From contig CAJTXP010000006.1 of the NCBI GenBank assembly GCA_910583615.1, positions 31,375 to 95,374 on the forward strand: a DNA stretch of 64,000 nt, read 5' to 3'. The DNA is from an uncultured Lachnospiraceae bacterium (lineage in GTDB: Bacteria; Bacillota; Clostridia; Lachnospirales; Lachnospiraceae). This document shows, piece after piece, positions 1 to 10,916 of this stretch (its first letter is position 1; every line of letters starts with the position of its first letter). The notes under the pieces are model-generated. The model ran no database searches. It had not been told where the DNA came from and saw only the letters and a program-made list of their open reading frames with translations. A program made the translations under genes and the position numbers.

Positions 1-1
1 T

Positions 2-1153
2 GTATTCGGGAATTTTTTCCTGAGCATTATCACTTCCGTGTATGGAGTATCTACCTATGCGACGAACCGGCTGGACCTGACGTCCATACGGACCATGATT
101 GCAGATTTTATTCGGATTGCGTTTCTGTTTGTGACTTTTTTTGTATGGAAGCCGACGCTCTGGTATATTGGCGCCGCTTCCATGATCAGCACGTCTTATA
201 TTGCGTTCTGGAACAGGCGTTTTACAAGGCGGCTTTTGCCGGATATCCGGATGTCTGCATCCAATTTCCGGTGGAAAAAGGTATGGGAACTGGTTTCTCT
301 TGGTGCATGGAATTCTCTGACCAGACTGGGGCAGCAGCTTCTGGACGGGCTGGGAGTTCTGCTTTCAGGAGCGCTGATTCTGGATGGAAATGCATCCATG
401 ACGCTTCTGGCGCTTGCGACGCAGGTGCCGACGGCCATCACAAATCTGATGGGTACGGTCGTAGGCGTGTTTAATCCGCAGATCACGATTGCCTATGCGG
501 AGGGAGATAAGGAAAAACTTGTGGGCATCATTAAGAGCAGCAACCGGATCCTGATTTTTCTTATGAGCGTTCCCATTGCATTTTTAACGGCTTACGGACT
601 TGATTTTTACAGGCTCTGGCAGCCGTCTAAAGATCCGTGGGCGCTGCAGAAGCTCTCCATCCTGGCGGTGGGAGTGCTTTATATCAGCATGAGCATCCAG
701 GTACTCTATCATGTATTTATCATTACGAAAAAAGTAAAGTGGAATTCTCTGGTGCTTTTGGGGTCAGGAGCAGTATCTTCTGTCATGTCTCTGATTCTGC
801 TGAAGACGACCGGTCTGGGAGCGGCATGCTTTCCACTGTCCAGTATGGTCACAGGACTTCTCAGGAATTTTATCTTCACTCCCATCTATGCGGCAAGATG
901 TCTTGAGATTCGCTGGAATCGTTTTTACAGCGATATTTTCCTGGGTTGTTTTTCCATCGGGACGATAACCCTGCTGGGGCTTTTGTCCCGCACAATCTGT
1001 CCGATCCATTCCTGGGGCAGTCTTTTGCTGACAGGTGTTGTAATGGGGCCCTTGTCTCTGCTTGTGAATTTTTTTATCATTCTTCGCAGGGAAGAACGAC
1101 AGACCGTGATACAGATGGTTCGTTCCGGTACTGTCCTGCGGAAACAGCAGTGA
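2..1153 (+). CDS. Polysaccharide flippase (Wzx/MATE-like), 5'-truncated by the window edge
   Basis: Frame is open from base 2; many hydrophobic TM segments; directly upstream of three GT2 genes. Confidence 0.75.
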   Translation, partial: VFGNFFLSIITSVYGVSTYATNRLDLTSIRTMIADFIRIAFLFVTFFVWKPTLWYIGAASMISTSYIAFWNRRFTRRLLPDIRMSASNFRWKKVWELVSLGAWNSLTRLGQQLLDGLGVLLSGALILDGNASMTLLALATQVPTAITNLMGTVVGVFNPQITIAYAEGDKEKLVGIIKSSNRILIFLMSVPIAFLTAYGLDFYRLWQPSKDPWALQKLSILAVGVLYISMSIQVLYHVFIITKKVKWNSLVLLGSGAVSSVMSLILLKTTGLGAACFPLSSMVTGLLRNFIFTPIYAARCLEIRWNRFYSDIFLGCFSIGTITLLGLLSRTICPIHSWGSLLLTGVVMGPLSLLVNFFIILRREERQTVIQMVRSGTVLRKQQ

Positions 1154-1205
1154 ATTCACTGGAATTTCCGCAGGGACAGTATCAGGATGAAAGGAGCAGT
1201 ACAGG

Positions 1206-2255
1206 ATGTACAGTGTGGTGATACCGGTTTATGAGGCAGAAACGTGTGTGGGACGATGTGTAGAGTCCTGGCTTGCACAGACAGAAAAAGATCTGGAACT
1301 GATTCTGGTGGACGACGGTTCCAAAGACGGAAGCGGGAGAATCTGTGACGAATATGCCGGAAAAGATCAGAGGGTTCGTGTGATCCATCAGAAGAATACC
1401 GGAGTATCGGCAGCGCGCAATGCAGGAATGGAAGCGGCCAGAGGAGAATATCTTCTGTTTACGGACAGTGATGATTATGTGTCAAAGGACTATCTGGAAA
1501 AGATGACATGCTGTCAGAGGGAATCAGAAGCAGATCTGGTTCTGTGCGGATTTCACCATCTGTATGACGGTGCGAGCATTCGGAAGATTCCCGGATCCGC
1601 AGGAGTTTTTCAGTGTTCAGACTGTCCGGAGGATTTTCTGCTTCTGTATGAACAGGGTTTCTTAAACATGCCCTGGAACAAGCTGTATAGAAAAAAGCTG
1701 ACAGGCAGATTTGACATATCACTGAGTCTTGGAGAGGACCTGCTCTTTAATCTGGATTATCTGCGGTCATGCAGAAGGATTGCCGTGCTGAAGGAGCCGC
1801 TCTGCTACTATATCCAGGAAGAACAGAAGACGACGCTTTCTTCCAGAAAACGTCAGGACCGGCTGGCACTGGCCAGAAGGATCTGCAGGGAAACAGAGAA
1901 CTTTTATGAACAGATCTGCCAGGAAGAAGATGAGAAACGAAGAAGCATGGGACACAGACGGATCTTTACCAGATATATGAACGAGATTATGGATGAATGT
2001 GAGAAGACACCGACAGATAAAAGTCTTACCAGAAAGGAAAAGATAGAGATGATTCGGTCCTGTGCGGAGGACCCGTGGGTTGGAAAAAGAGGATGCGAAG
2101 CTGTTTTTTCCTGTCCGGATTATAAGATCCTGTGGTTTTTTCTGCGTCGAAAGCGGGCGGGTATGGTTTATCTGCTGTGTGTACTGAGGTCTGTGATTGT
2201 CCGGGCAGTACATCATATCAGAAGAAAAAAAGGAGGCCTTATATGGAACCTTTGA
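1206..2255 (+). CDS. GT2 family glycosyltransferase
   Basis: SVVIPVY, LVDDGSKD, NTGVSAARN, FTDSDDY and GEDLLFN motifs; AAGGAG RBS. Confidence 0.93.
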   Translation: MYSVVIPVYEAETCVGRCVESWLAQTEKDLELILVDDGSKDGSGRICDEYAGKDQRVRVIHQKNTGVSAARNAGMEAARGEYLLFTDSDDYVSKDYLEKMTCCQRESEADLVLCGFHHLYDGASIRKIPGSAGVFQCSDCPEDFLLLYEQGFLNMPWNKLYRKKLTGRFDISLSLGEDLLFNLDYLRSCRRIAVLKEPLCYYIQEEQKTTLSSRKRQDRLALARRICRETENFYEQICQEEDEKRRSMGHRRIFTRYMNEIMDECEKTPTDKSLTRKEKIEMIRSCAEDPWVGKRGCEAVFSCPDYKILWFFLRRKRAGMVYLLCVLRSVIVRAVHHIRRKKGGLIWNL

Positions 2256-3220
2256 TCAGTATTATTGTGCCTGTGTATCAGGTGGAAGCATACCTTGACA
2301 GGTGTATGGAGAGTCTTCTTGCACAGACCTATGAGAATCTGGAGATTATTCTGGTGGATGACGGTTCTGTTGACAGGTGTCCGATAATCTGTGATTCTTA
2401 TGCAGAAAAGGACAGAAGAGTCCATGTGATCCATCAGAAGAATGCAGGTCTTTCCGGCGCCCGGAATGCAGGGATTGAAGCAGCTGATGGAGAGTATCTG
2501 GCATTTGTGGATCCGGATGACTATGTGTCCAGAGACTTTATCCGTACCCTGTATGAACTGCTGGAAGAAACGGAATGTGCGATCAGTCAATGCCGGTTTG
2601 CCTATGTGCAGGGAGAGCCCCTGCGGGGGACAAAGGACCGGGATTATCATGTCTATCGCGGAGAAAGCCTGATGGAGCAGCTGTACGGGGCGGAGGAAGA
2701 GGCAACCTGCTTTGTGGTTGCATGGAATAAACTGTACAGGAAAGAACTGTTTGCAAAGATCCGGTATCCTTTGGGACGCATTCACGAGGACGAAGCAACA
2801 ACCTACCTCCTGTTTCATGAAGGGAAGAAGCTGGCGTTTACAGAACGGATTCTATATGGATATTATACGGAAAATACAAAGAGTATTACGGCGGTTTTTT
2901 CGCGGAAGCGACTCCAGTGGCTGACTGCGCAGGAAGAAAGAATTCTTTTCTTCAGAGAAAACGGATATGACAGACTGATTCCGGCAGCCTACCGAAAGCT
3001 GTGTGATGCCTGTATTACATTTTATCTGAGATGTACAGAAGAAGTGGAGGATCGGACAGCACTGCAGAAGGATCTTATGGAAAGCCTGAAACGGTATCGC
3101 ATTCAGGGCGCCATATGGATTCAGAAACTTCCGTTTCGTACGCGTATGGGATACCGGCTGTTTTGTGTAAGTCCGTATTTTTATGAAAAACTGCAAAAAA
3201 GGATACAGGGATCGGTATGA
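2243..3220 (+). CDS. GT2 family glycosyltransferase
   Basis: Start re-assigned to ATG 2243 after AGGAGG; ISIIVPVY, VDDGS, GLSGARN, FVDPDD, HED motifs. Confidence 0.93.
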   Translation: MEPLISIIVPVYQVEAYLDRCMESLLAQTYENLEIILVDDGSVDRCPIICDSYAEKDRRVHVIHQKNAGLSGARNAGIEAADGEYLAFVDPDDYVSRDFIRTLYELLEETECAISQCRFAYVQGEPLRGTKDRDYHVYRGESLMEQLYGAEEEATCFVVAWNKLYRKELFAKIRYPLGRIHEDEATTYLLFHEGKKLAFTERILYGYYTENTKSITAVFSRKRLQWLTAQEERILFFRENGYDRLIPAAYRKLCDACITFYLRCTEEVEDRTALQKDLMESLKRYRIQGAIWIQKLPFRTRMGYRLFCVSPYFYEKLQKRIQGSV

Positions 3221-4275
3221 AAGAGAAAATCAGCGTAATCGTGCCTGTATATGGCGTGGAAAAAGTACTGAGCCGTTGTGTGGACAGCATTCTGGCACAG
3301 ACCTATGAAAATCTGGAGATCATTCTGGTAGATGACGGCTCGCCGGACCAGTGCCCCGGGCTCTGTGACCAATATGCAGAAAACTGCTCCAATATTGTAG
3401 TAGTCCATAAGAAAAACGGAGGCCTGACTTCTGCATGGAAAGAGGGAGTCCGGCATGCGTCTGCAGAACTGATCGGCTTTGTGGACAGTGATGACTGGAT
3501 AGAGCCGGATATGTATGAACGTCTGGAACAGGCGCTTACGCAGCAGGGAGCGGATATTGCCATGGCGGGCCTGGTTTTTGATTATGAGGATTCGGGATAT
3601 CCGCCCAGAAAAGAGACAAACCGAATGGATATGACGGTCTATGAACGGGAAGAACTGACAGAGATTTTTCCGATGCTGCTCAATGACGGAAGCTTTATCG
3701 GGCGAGTGCTCCAGCCGTCCCGGGTGACCAAGCTGTTCCGGCGCAGGGTGGTGGAAAAGAATCTTGAGCTGTGGGATGACCGTGTGACGGTGGGGGAGGA
3801 TCTTCAGATGGTCTTTGCAGCAGTACTGGATGCAGAGAAAATCTGTACGATTCCGGATTATTATCCGTATCATTACTGGTATAATGTATCTTCCATGACC
3901 GGCGGATATGATCCGGGATACCTGGAGAAAATCAAATTATTAAGAGAACGTATGGAAGCGATTTCAGATGCAAAGGAGGTCTATGATTTTCGCCCTCAGA
4001 TCCGTAATGATTTTCTGAGCCTTGCGGTTATGGCGGTCAAAAATGAAATATGGAGGAATCATACAGACTCTTTCCTGGAAGTATTAAAACGTGTAAAGCA
4101 GATGTGCAGGGACGAGAGCGTACAGGAGGCGCTTCAGAATCATACCATGGATCGGATCGGACTGTCCGTAAAACTGTATCTCCATATGATGAAGCATGGA
4201 TGGTATCTGTCCTGCTATATGGTGACAAAGGTATTTTTTTCCTGGTATTACCGAAAGACTTTCAGATGTGAATAA
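3217..4275 (+). CDS. GT2 family glycosyltransferase
   Basis: ATGA overlap with the previous gene; ISVIVPVY, VDDGSPD, FVDSDD, GED motifs. Confidence 0.93.
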   Translation: MKEKISVIVPVYGVEKVLSRCVDSILAQTYENLEIILVDDGSPDQCPGLCDQYAENCSNIVVVHKKNGGLTSAWKEGVRHASAELIGFVDSDDWIEPDMYERLEQALTQQGADIAMAGLVFDYEDSGYPPRKETNRMDMTVYEREELTEIFPMLLNDGSFIGRVLQPSRVTKLFRRRVVEKNLELWDDRVTVGEDLQMVFAAVLDAEKICTIPDYYPYHYWYNVSSMTGGYDPGYLEKIKLLRERMEAISDAKEVYDFRPQIRNDFLSLAVMAVKNEIWRNHTDSFLEVLKRVKQMCRDESVQEALQNHTMDRIGLSVKLYLHMMKHGWYLSCYMVTKVFFSWYYRKTFRCE

Positions 4276-4325
4276 AAGAGACGGCATATATGCCCGGGAG
4301 ACAAAAGCAGAGAGCAGAACCATGA

Positions 4326-5729
4326 TTAAGGAAAATACACTTCGAGGCATGCATGAATGACTTCAGGAGCTGACAGAAGGTGGCTTTTAAAATCTTCAAT
4401 CATATTCTGACGGTCTTCCAGTGTGAGATAATCTTCCGCTTCCGGCATGGAACTGTTGATTGAATACATCAGATAGCCGGGAAAGGCATCGGACTGGAAA
4501 TCATAGGTGATCTCATCGAGCATCCGTGCCTCCTCCTGTGCAAAAACAGATTCGATCATTTCCATATGAAAGGCATCCCGCTCCATCCGGGCGATAATCT
4601 CTTTAAAAAGCTGCGTATATTCTGGATTCCTGAGCAGGCAGGGAAGAATATTATAATTGTCTTCGCTCTGGGTGGCCTGACGGAAATTGTCAGCGACCAG
4701 ATCCGGAAAGCTTCCGATCCAGTCAAGATCAAACAGAAAATAACGCCATTTTCCATCCTGATAAGGGAGACCGTTGTTTTTGCACCGCCATACACGCAGA
4801 TTGTTGTCGAGCCAGTCCCCGTTTCCAAGGAGAAGGTTGACTGCATAATACTCCAGACACTGTTCTACGTCCAGCTGTCTTTCGATTCTGGCAATGACAG
4901 CCGGATCATTCATGTCGCAGGTATGCAGATAGTCAACAAAAGACAGATATTCTTCGAGAACAACAGGAGATGTCTGAATTCCGGTCTTTTCTTCTTCGAA
5001 TACGGATACGAATTCAATATCTTTCGGATTTTCGATATGATAGAGTTCGGCCAGCGCGTGATCGTTTTTGGCAGGCAGGATGAAATAGGCGCCCTGATAA
5101 ATTCCGTTCACATAAACTGCAGCAGGCGTGGTAGGAGAAGCATCTTCCATTCCTGCCTTTCGGGCAAGAGCGTAGCCCACACTGTTGTGGATGCCGGTGG
5201 AATCCATGGCGTAACGAACAGAATGCAGAATAAACGAACGGTATTCGTGAATGGGAAGCCCGGTTCCGTCCAGAACCTGGCGGCCGTTCCACAGGTCGCA
5301 GGTAAAGCAGGAGTGTTCTTCGTCATAGTCACTCCTGGCGATCAGCCGGAATGATCTGCGCACTGCGCTTCGGGAGGAGGCGCCGCTGATGCGGATACCG
5401 GCTTTCTGCGCGATGAGGGGGTTTCCGTCCTGACGGTATACAAAGAGCCGGACTGGACATTCTCCCTCTCTTCCCTGGGGGACCTGCTGGCCTTTCAGTA
5501 TCCCGGTCTCTTCAGAATACAGGTCTTCCTCCTCTGCCTGGATGGAGACAACCAGGCCGGAAAACTGTCTGCTTTCAAATATTTCATGGCGGCAGGGGTC
5601 CTGCAGAGAAGGGTCCAGATCAGAAGAAGGGATCAAATCATCTGCCGCCTTCAGCCGTGTATGGAAACAGACGGAAAGCAGGACAACAGAAAATAATATA
5701 AAGATTGCAGGATACAGATTACGTTTCAT
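4326..5729 (-). CDS. CotH kinase family secreted protein
   Basis: N-terminal signal or TM segment; GIRISGASSR, VYVNGIYQGAY, LGNGDWLDNN, KWRYFLFDLD motifs typical of CotH-like kinases. Confidence 0.8.
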   Translation of the reverse strand: MKRNLYPAIFILFSVVLLSVCFHTRLKAADDLIPSSDLDPSLQDPCRHEIFESRQFSGLVVSIQAEEEDLYSEETGILKGQQVPQGREGECPVRLFVYRQDGNPLIAQKAGIRISGASSRSAVRRSFRLIARSDYDEEHSCFTCDLWNGRQVLDGTGLPIHEYRSFILHSVRYAMDSTGIHNSVGYALARKAGMEDASPTTPAAVYVNGIYQGAYFILPAKNDHALAELYHIENPKDIEFVSVFEEEKTGIQTSPVVLEEYLSFVDYLHTCDMNDPAVIARIERQLDVEQCLEYYAVNLLLGNGDWLDNNLRVWRCKNNGLPYQDGKWRYFLFDLDWIGSFPDLVADNFRQATQSEDNYNILPCLLRNPEYTQLFKEIIARMERDAFHMEMIESVFAQEEARMLDEITYDFQSDAFPGYLMYSINSSMPEAEDYLTLEDRQNMIEDFKSHLLSAPEVIHACLEVYFP

Positions 5730-5904
5730 TCAACACACTCATTTCTTCTTTTGTCAGACTATTACAGCATAAGAAGTGAATATAAACAGAATGTAAATTT
5801 TATGCAGAAAAATGACGAATGTTCATTTTTAGTTTAAAAAATTTTTGTATTATGATTCTGTTATGAGCGGAATGATGAGTGAAGAAAAGGATGTGACTTT
5901 TATT

Positions 5905-7788
5905 ATGAGGAAAAACGGGATAAAGAACAGCATTTATGCGGCGCTGGCATGTTTTGCGCTTCTGGTAACACTGAACGTGGATCTTGGCAGCATCGGCGAG
6001 GAAGCGGCGGCAGGCGGCTTTCTGACAAATCTGGCCGTTCAGATCAAAAAGCTGGAATATGTTCTTCCGGTTTTTAATTATAAGGATGCGGCCATGGCTT
6101 TTCTGGTTTTTGTTTTTTTCATGCGCACAGACGAAGAATGGCAGATGCCGCTGTCCAGATGGTCCTTCCGGATCCCTGCCTTGATGAGCGCTTTTTTTAT
6201 GGTATTCGGATACAGCTTCCGTTATACGGATTCCTGGAATCTCATATGGATGGACCGTTTTCACGTTCTGGTGTCCGCAGGGATGATGGCAGGATTTTAC
6301 GTACTGTTCTGCAGGATCTACCGTCTTTTGATCGGGTGGATTTTCAGGGTTCAGGAAAAAACAGAGTCTTCTCCCGGGAAGATTACAGAATGGGTGATGG
6401 AGCGGCATGCTTTCCTGGGCCCCATGCTTGTGATATTTTTATTCTGGTTTCCCTATATTCTGGCAAAATATCCCGGGGCGGCCATGCCCGAAACGCTGGC
6501 AGAGATGAGGCAGTATTACTGGAATGCGATCAATAACTATTATCCGCCGCTTCATACGGTTCTGGTCAGTCTGCTGATGGAGCTGGGAAATATACTGTGG
6601 TCCTATACTTTTGGGTTTTTCCTGAATCTGCTGGTTCAGCTTGCTCTGCTGCTGTCGGCATTTTCCTATGGATTTGTGCTCATGAAGAGGTGGCGGACGC
6701 CTTACAGGCTACGCTGGCTTACGATGGCGATTATCTGTGTGGTGCAGTTCTTCCCCATGGAATCGACCGTGGTGGAAAAGGATGTACCGTATACCGCCTG
6801 TGTGATCTTTCTTGTGCTGCAGCTTTACGAGCTGGTCCGGATGATAAGATCGGGAGGGAGACTGTCTGCAAAACAAATGGCAGGATTTGTACTGTCGGGC
6901 ATGGGAGCCGCCTGCTTCAGGAATGAAGGGTTTTATCTGGCTGCGGCATCCGGAGTGAGCATGTCCATATATGCATGCAGCATCCTGTGGAAAGAAGATC
7001 ATGCCGGATGCGTACGAATCCTGGCTGCGATGCTGCTGCCGGTCTTCCTGTTTGCAGGATATCAGAAACTGCTGCTGCCCGCCTGCGGGGTGGAGGACAA
7101 CGGCCCTAAAGAGGCGCTGTCCATTCCGTTTCAACAGACTGCCCGCTATGCGAGAGACTATGGATATGAACTTACAGAGGAGGAAGAAGAAGTTATTTCC
7201 AGAGTTCTGGATGGGGAAAATCTGGCGGAACTCTATGATCCGATCACGTCCGATCCGGTGAAATATACGTATCATGCGGAGACGGCGCAGGACCTTGCCG
7301 ATTATTTGGAAGTCTGGTTCCGGCAGCTGTTAAAGCATCCGGGTAATGCGGTACAGGCGACCATGAACAATGCCTATGGCTGGTTCTATCAGGAGGGATA
7401 TGCACACAACTATATGATGGCGTCTCAGATCGAAGGACATGAAGTCCGCTGGGAGATCGTACAGCCGGCAAAGCTTAACGGAGTCCGGCATGTTATGGAA
7501 CGGGTCGCGAAGCTTTTATCGCGAATACCGGTCGTCAACTGGTTCGAAAACGCCGGGATTGCGTCCTGGATGACGATTCTTCTGATTTCCTTCTGGGCGG
7601 GAGCAGGAAAGAAACGCTGCATCCTTTCGGCAGTCCCGCTGATTCTGGCGCTTCTGGTCTGTGTTGCGGCGCCGACTTTTAATGATCAGATGCGGTATAT
7701 TATGCCGGTAATCTTCTGCGTGCCTTATTATATGCCGATGGCGCTGCAGAGCCTGAGCGATTGTGTTTTGGAAAAAGAGGAGACATAG
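5905..7788 (+). CDS. Polytopic membrane protein, DUF6020-like (putative GT-C fold glycosyltransferase)
   Basis: Multiple TM helices; YPG, YPPLHT, KDVPY, FRNEG, EALSIPFQQTARY, SDPVK, RY motifs; start uncertain (5863-5905). Confidence 0.65.
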   Translation: MRKNGIKNSIYAALACFALLVTLNVDLGSIGEEAAAGGFLTNLAVQIKKLEYVLPVFNYKDAAMAFLVFVFFMRTDEEWQMPLSRWSFRIPALMSAFFMVFGYSFRYTDSWNLIWMDRFHVLVSAGMMAGFYVLFCRIYRLLIGWIFRVQEKTESSPGKITEWVMERHAFLGPMLVIFLFWFPYILAKYPGAAMPETLAEMRQYYWNAINNYYPPLHTVLVSLLMELGNILWSYTFGFFLNLLVQLALLLSAFSYGFVLMKRWRTPYRLRWLTMAIICVVQFFPMESTVVEKDVPYTACVIFLVLQLYELVRMIRSGGRLSAKQMAGFVLSGMGAACFRNEGFYLAAASGVSMSIYACSILWKEDHAGCVRILAAMLLPVFLFAGYQKLLLPACGVEDNGPKEALSIPFQQTARYARDYGYELTEEEEEVISRVLDGENLAELYDPITSDPVKYTYHAETAQDLADYLEVWFRQLLKHPGNAVQATMNNAYGWFYQEGYAHNYMMASQIEGHEVRWEIVQPAKLNGVRHVMERVAKLLSRIPVVNWFENAGIASWMTILLISFWAGAGKKRCILSAVPLILALLVCVAAPTFNDQMRYIMPVIFCVPYYMPMALQSLSDCVLEKEET

Positions 7789-7811
7789 TGGATGAAGAAA
7801 GCGGGCTTTTT

Positions 7812-8579
7812 TCAGTTTTCGTTTACAAACTGCCGTCCTTCATGATCCATCTCATAATCCTGTTTGTAGATCAGCTGGGAGACGGGAACGATTTCAAAGC
7901 CTTTTTCCTGCAGGCCCAGGATGACGCTGGACAGGGCGTCCTTCGTATATTTGGCGCCGTTGTGCATGAGGATGATGGAACCGTTGCCCAGGTGTTCATG
8001 ATTAAGAACTTTGGACACGATGGAATCAGCTCCGTAATCTTTCCAGTCCAGGCTGTCTACATCCCATTGGATTACATGGTATCCAAGCTCATTTGCGGCA
8101 TCAATTAAAGTGTCGTTATAGTCGCCGTAAGGAGGGCGGAACAGGGTCATATCTTTTCCGGTCAGGGCTTTCACTTTGTCGTGGACTTTCTGGATCTCCT
8201 CTCTGCATTCTGCAGAGCTGATCTGCGACATCTGCTTGTGATTTTCGCTGTGATTTCCAAGATCATGTCCGGCTTCTGCAATGGCCTTTACATCATCCGG
8301 ATAAGATTCTACCCAGCCGCCGGTCATGAAAAATGTGGTTTTTACCTGATATTTGTCAAGAATTGATAAAAGATCGGCTGTATCTTCATTCCCCCAGGCG
8401 GCGTCAAAGCTGATGGCAACTTTTGGGGATTCGGTCTGTACGCAGTAGATGGGCAGCTTTTTACTGTTAATAGTGGCAGAAGCAGGGATGTTTTTTTTCT
8501 GGAAGGCTCCGATACCGGCAATGATGAGGAGCAGGCACAGAGCCAGAGTGCTGATATTCTGCAGAGAGTGTCTGTTCAT
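7812..8579 (-). CDS. Polysaccharide deacetylase (NodB/PdaB-like)
   Basis: ISFDAAWG, GNHSENH, FRPPYG, WDVDSLDW, ILMHNG motifs. Confidence 0.92.
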   Translation of the reverse strand: MNRHSLQNISTLALCLLLIIAGIGAFQKKNIPASATINSKKLPIYCVQTESPKVAISFDAAWGNEDTADLLSILDKYQVKTTFFMTGGWVESYPDDVKAIAEAGHDLGNHSENHKQMSQISSAECREEIQKVHDKVKALTGKDMTLFRPPYGDYNDTLIDAANELGYHVIQWDVDSLDWKDYGADSIVSKVLNHEHLGNGSIILMHNGAKYTKDALSSVILGLQEKGFEIVPVSQLIYKQDYEMDHEGRQFVNEN

Positions 8580-8748
8580 GAGAACTCCAAAATATTTCTT
8601 CTGTTTATATTATGAAAAGGACGGAAAGAACATTCGCGGTCTTTCTGAAAAACGATAAAGAAGAATGGTTGATGAAAGCGCGGAAATGTGCTGACATGAG
8701 CAACAGTGCAAATACAGACGTCTGTTTGATGGACACAGAAAGGAAATT

Positions 8749-9108
8749 ATGAAATATATACGACAGTTTTTATGGATTTTACTGTTTTCGTTTGCCGGGG
8801 AGGTTTTAAAATATGTGATTCCTCTTCCGGTCCCCGCTTCTATCTATGGACTTGTTCTGCTTTTTCTGGCTCTTCTTACAGGTGTCCTTCACGTGGAATC
8901 AGTGAAGGAAGTGTCAGTATTTCTGATCGAGATCATGCCGTTGATGTTCATTCCCGCTGCTGTTGAACTTCTGGAATCGTGGAGTGCGCTGAATGGGATT
9001 CTCATACAGATATTGACTGCCACTATGGCGTCTACCGTCCTGGTCATGGGTGTGAGCGGTCTGGTAACGCAGAAACTGATTCGAAAGAAACAGAGGGAAA
9101 AGGCATGA
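8749..9108 (+). CDS. CidA/LrgA family membrane protein
   Basis: PLPVPASIYG and MPLMFIPAAV motifs; 119 aa hydrophobic; paired with LrgB. Confidence 0.9.
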   Translation: MKYIRQFLWILLFSFAGEVLKYVIPLPVPASIYGLVLLFLALLTGVLHVESVKEVSVFLIEIMPLMFIPAAVELLESWSALNGILIQILTATMASTVLVMGVSGLVTQKLIRKKQREKA

Positions 9109-9797
9109 AAGATTTTCTGGAAAATTCCGTATTTTTTGGAGCGCTGCTCAGCATCGCAACTTACGAATGCGGTGTCCTGCTGAAGAAAAAGTGGAAACTG
9201 GCAGTTTTTAATCCGCTGCTTTTGTCGGTATTGGCAGTTATAGGAGTGCTGGTTGTATTTAAAATTGATTATAATGTTTACTATGAAGGGGCAAAATATC
9301 TGAGTTATCTTCTGACGCCGGCAACGGTGTGTCTGGCTGTGCCCCTGTATGAGAAGATTGAACTTCTGAAGCAGTATGCGGGCGCGATCATGGGCGGCAT
9401 TCTGGCGGGAGTTTTTACAAGCCTGTTAAGCATTCTGTCATGTGCATTTCTTTTTGGCTTTACCCATGAGCAGTATGTGACCCTGCTTCCGAAGTCGATC
9501 ACGACCGCAATTGGTATGGGAATTTCTGAAGAGCTCGGAGGAATGGTGACGATTACAGTGGCGGTCATCATCATCACCGGCGTGTTTGGAAATATGACGG
9601 CGGAACTGGTTTTGAAGGTATTTCATATTGAGGAACCTGTGGCGAAGGGAATCGCGATCGGTTCGGCAAGCCATGCCATCGGCACGGTGAAAGCCATGGA
9701 GATCGGAGAGGTGGAAGGCGCCATGAGCAGTCTGTCCATTGCAGTAGCAGGACTTCTGACCGTGATTGGAGCGTCTGTGTTTGCAGAATTTATATGA
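9105..9797 (+). CDS. LrgB family membrane protein
   Basis: ATGA overlap; [28 protein letters not shown] motifs. Confidence 0.92.
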   Translation: MKDFLENSVFFGALLSIATYECGVLLKKKWKLAVFNPLLLSVLAVIGVLVVFKIDYNVYYEGAKYLSYLLTPATVCLAVPLYEKIELLKQYAGAIMGGILAGVFTSLLSILSCAFLFGFTHEQYVTLLPKSITTAIGMGISEELGGMVTITVAVIIITGVFGNMTAELVLKVFHIEEPVAKGIAIGSASHAIGTVKAMEIGEVEGAMSSLSIAVAGLLTVIGASVFAEFI

Positions 9798-9933
9798 TGA
9801 GAAATCATTGCAGAGACGTGGGCGGATCCTTTAAAACAGACAGCAGACAGATCATCTGTCTGCTTTAAAGGATATGCCGTTGCATCATGGGGTGATTACA
9901 GCATGGTCTGACGGGGAAGTGTCCGGTCAGACG

Positions 9934-10791
9934 TCAGGATAATTGCGTCACCGGTTCAAAACCTGAAGTCTTCCTGAATTTCATATGGTGTTCAAAGGTT
10001 TCAAGAAAATCAGAGGGGTCGATGCGGTCAAAATTAATATCAGAAAAGCCTTCTCTTTGAAACCTTACGGAAAGGATTGTCCGTATCTCATCTTTGCCGG
10101 TAGCAGTATTGAGGATCCGGTCTTCCGCGTGAACGATAACGGTTTCTACCGGAAGAAGGGCAAAGATCTCGCGTGCAAGGCGGATCGCACAGCTGCAGAC
10201 ATAGTCCTGCGTGATGTCATAATAAGCGGTCTTTGTCAGCGGCTTTTCCGCAAGCTTTCCGGTTTTTGTAAGGGCGCGGGAATTCTTCGGTACAACGGCA
10301 TCGGATTTAACCTGGAATTCGATCTCCATCAGTTTCGGATCATCCGTTCCGAATTCAAAGCCGCTTCCATATTCCAGAAGATCCTCAAAAGGATTGGCTT
10401 CCTGTATCACGTCATAGTAATCTTCCATGGTGATGCGGGTCCATTCCACCGGATCTTCACAGTCTATGTGGACACGGCGGATGGCATCAATATAAGCTTC
10501 ATATTCCTGAACCAGGAGTTTGTTCTTTTCTGTCTCTTCCAGATGTTCGCTTTCCTTTAACCGGCGTTCCAGTTCTTTTTTCTTCTCGCCGGATTTCTTT
10601 TTGTTGCCTCCAAGCCTGGTCGTGTAGGACAGACCGGTGCCGGGAAGGGATGCCCGCGCCTGCGCTCCGGTTTTGGAATTCAACGATACTCCGCCGAATT
10701 TACCGCCGAGGCTTACCCCTACGCTGCTCTTGCCGATGTTCAGTTTTACACCGGGCAGAATCTGAATGCTTTTTCTAAAACGCAGTCCCAT
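9934..10791 (-). CDS. DUF4236 domain-containing protein
   Basis: N-terminus MGLRFRKSIQILPGVKLNIGKS...SLPGTGLSY; start at ATG 10791 after AAGGAG. Confidence 0.8.
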   Translation of the reverse strand: MGLRFRKSIQILPGVKLNIGKSSVGVSLGGKFGGVSLNSKTGAQARASLPGTGLSYTTRLGGNKKKSGEKKKELERRLKESEHLEETEKNKLLVQEYEAYIDAIRRVHIDCEDPVEWTRITMEDYYDVIQEANPFEDLLEYGSGFEFGTDDPKLMEIEFQVKSDAVVPKNSRALTKTGKLAEKPLTKTAYYDITQDYVCSCAIRLAREIFALLPVETVIVHAEDRILNTATGKDEIRTILSVRFQREGFSDINFDRIDPSDFLETFEHHMKFRKTSGFEPVTQLS

Positions 10792-10916
10792 AACAGGATT
10801 CTCCTTTGCAGTCAATATTTTGTATATATTTCCATATTACACAAATACAGTCTAACACGTCTGCGGCAGATTTTCAATTAAAAACCGAAAATCTGTTCGA
10901 TATATCTGCCGGGACA

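Noticed and set aside
8749..9797. cidA/lrgB as prophage holin genes
   Set aside because: Standard chromosomal pair with no phage genes nearby
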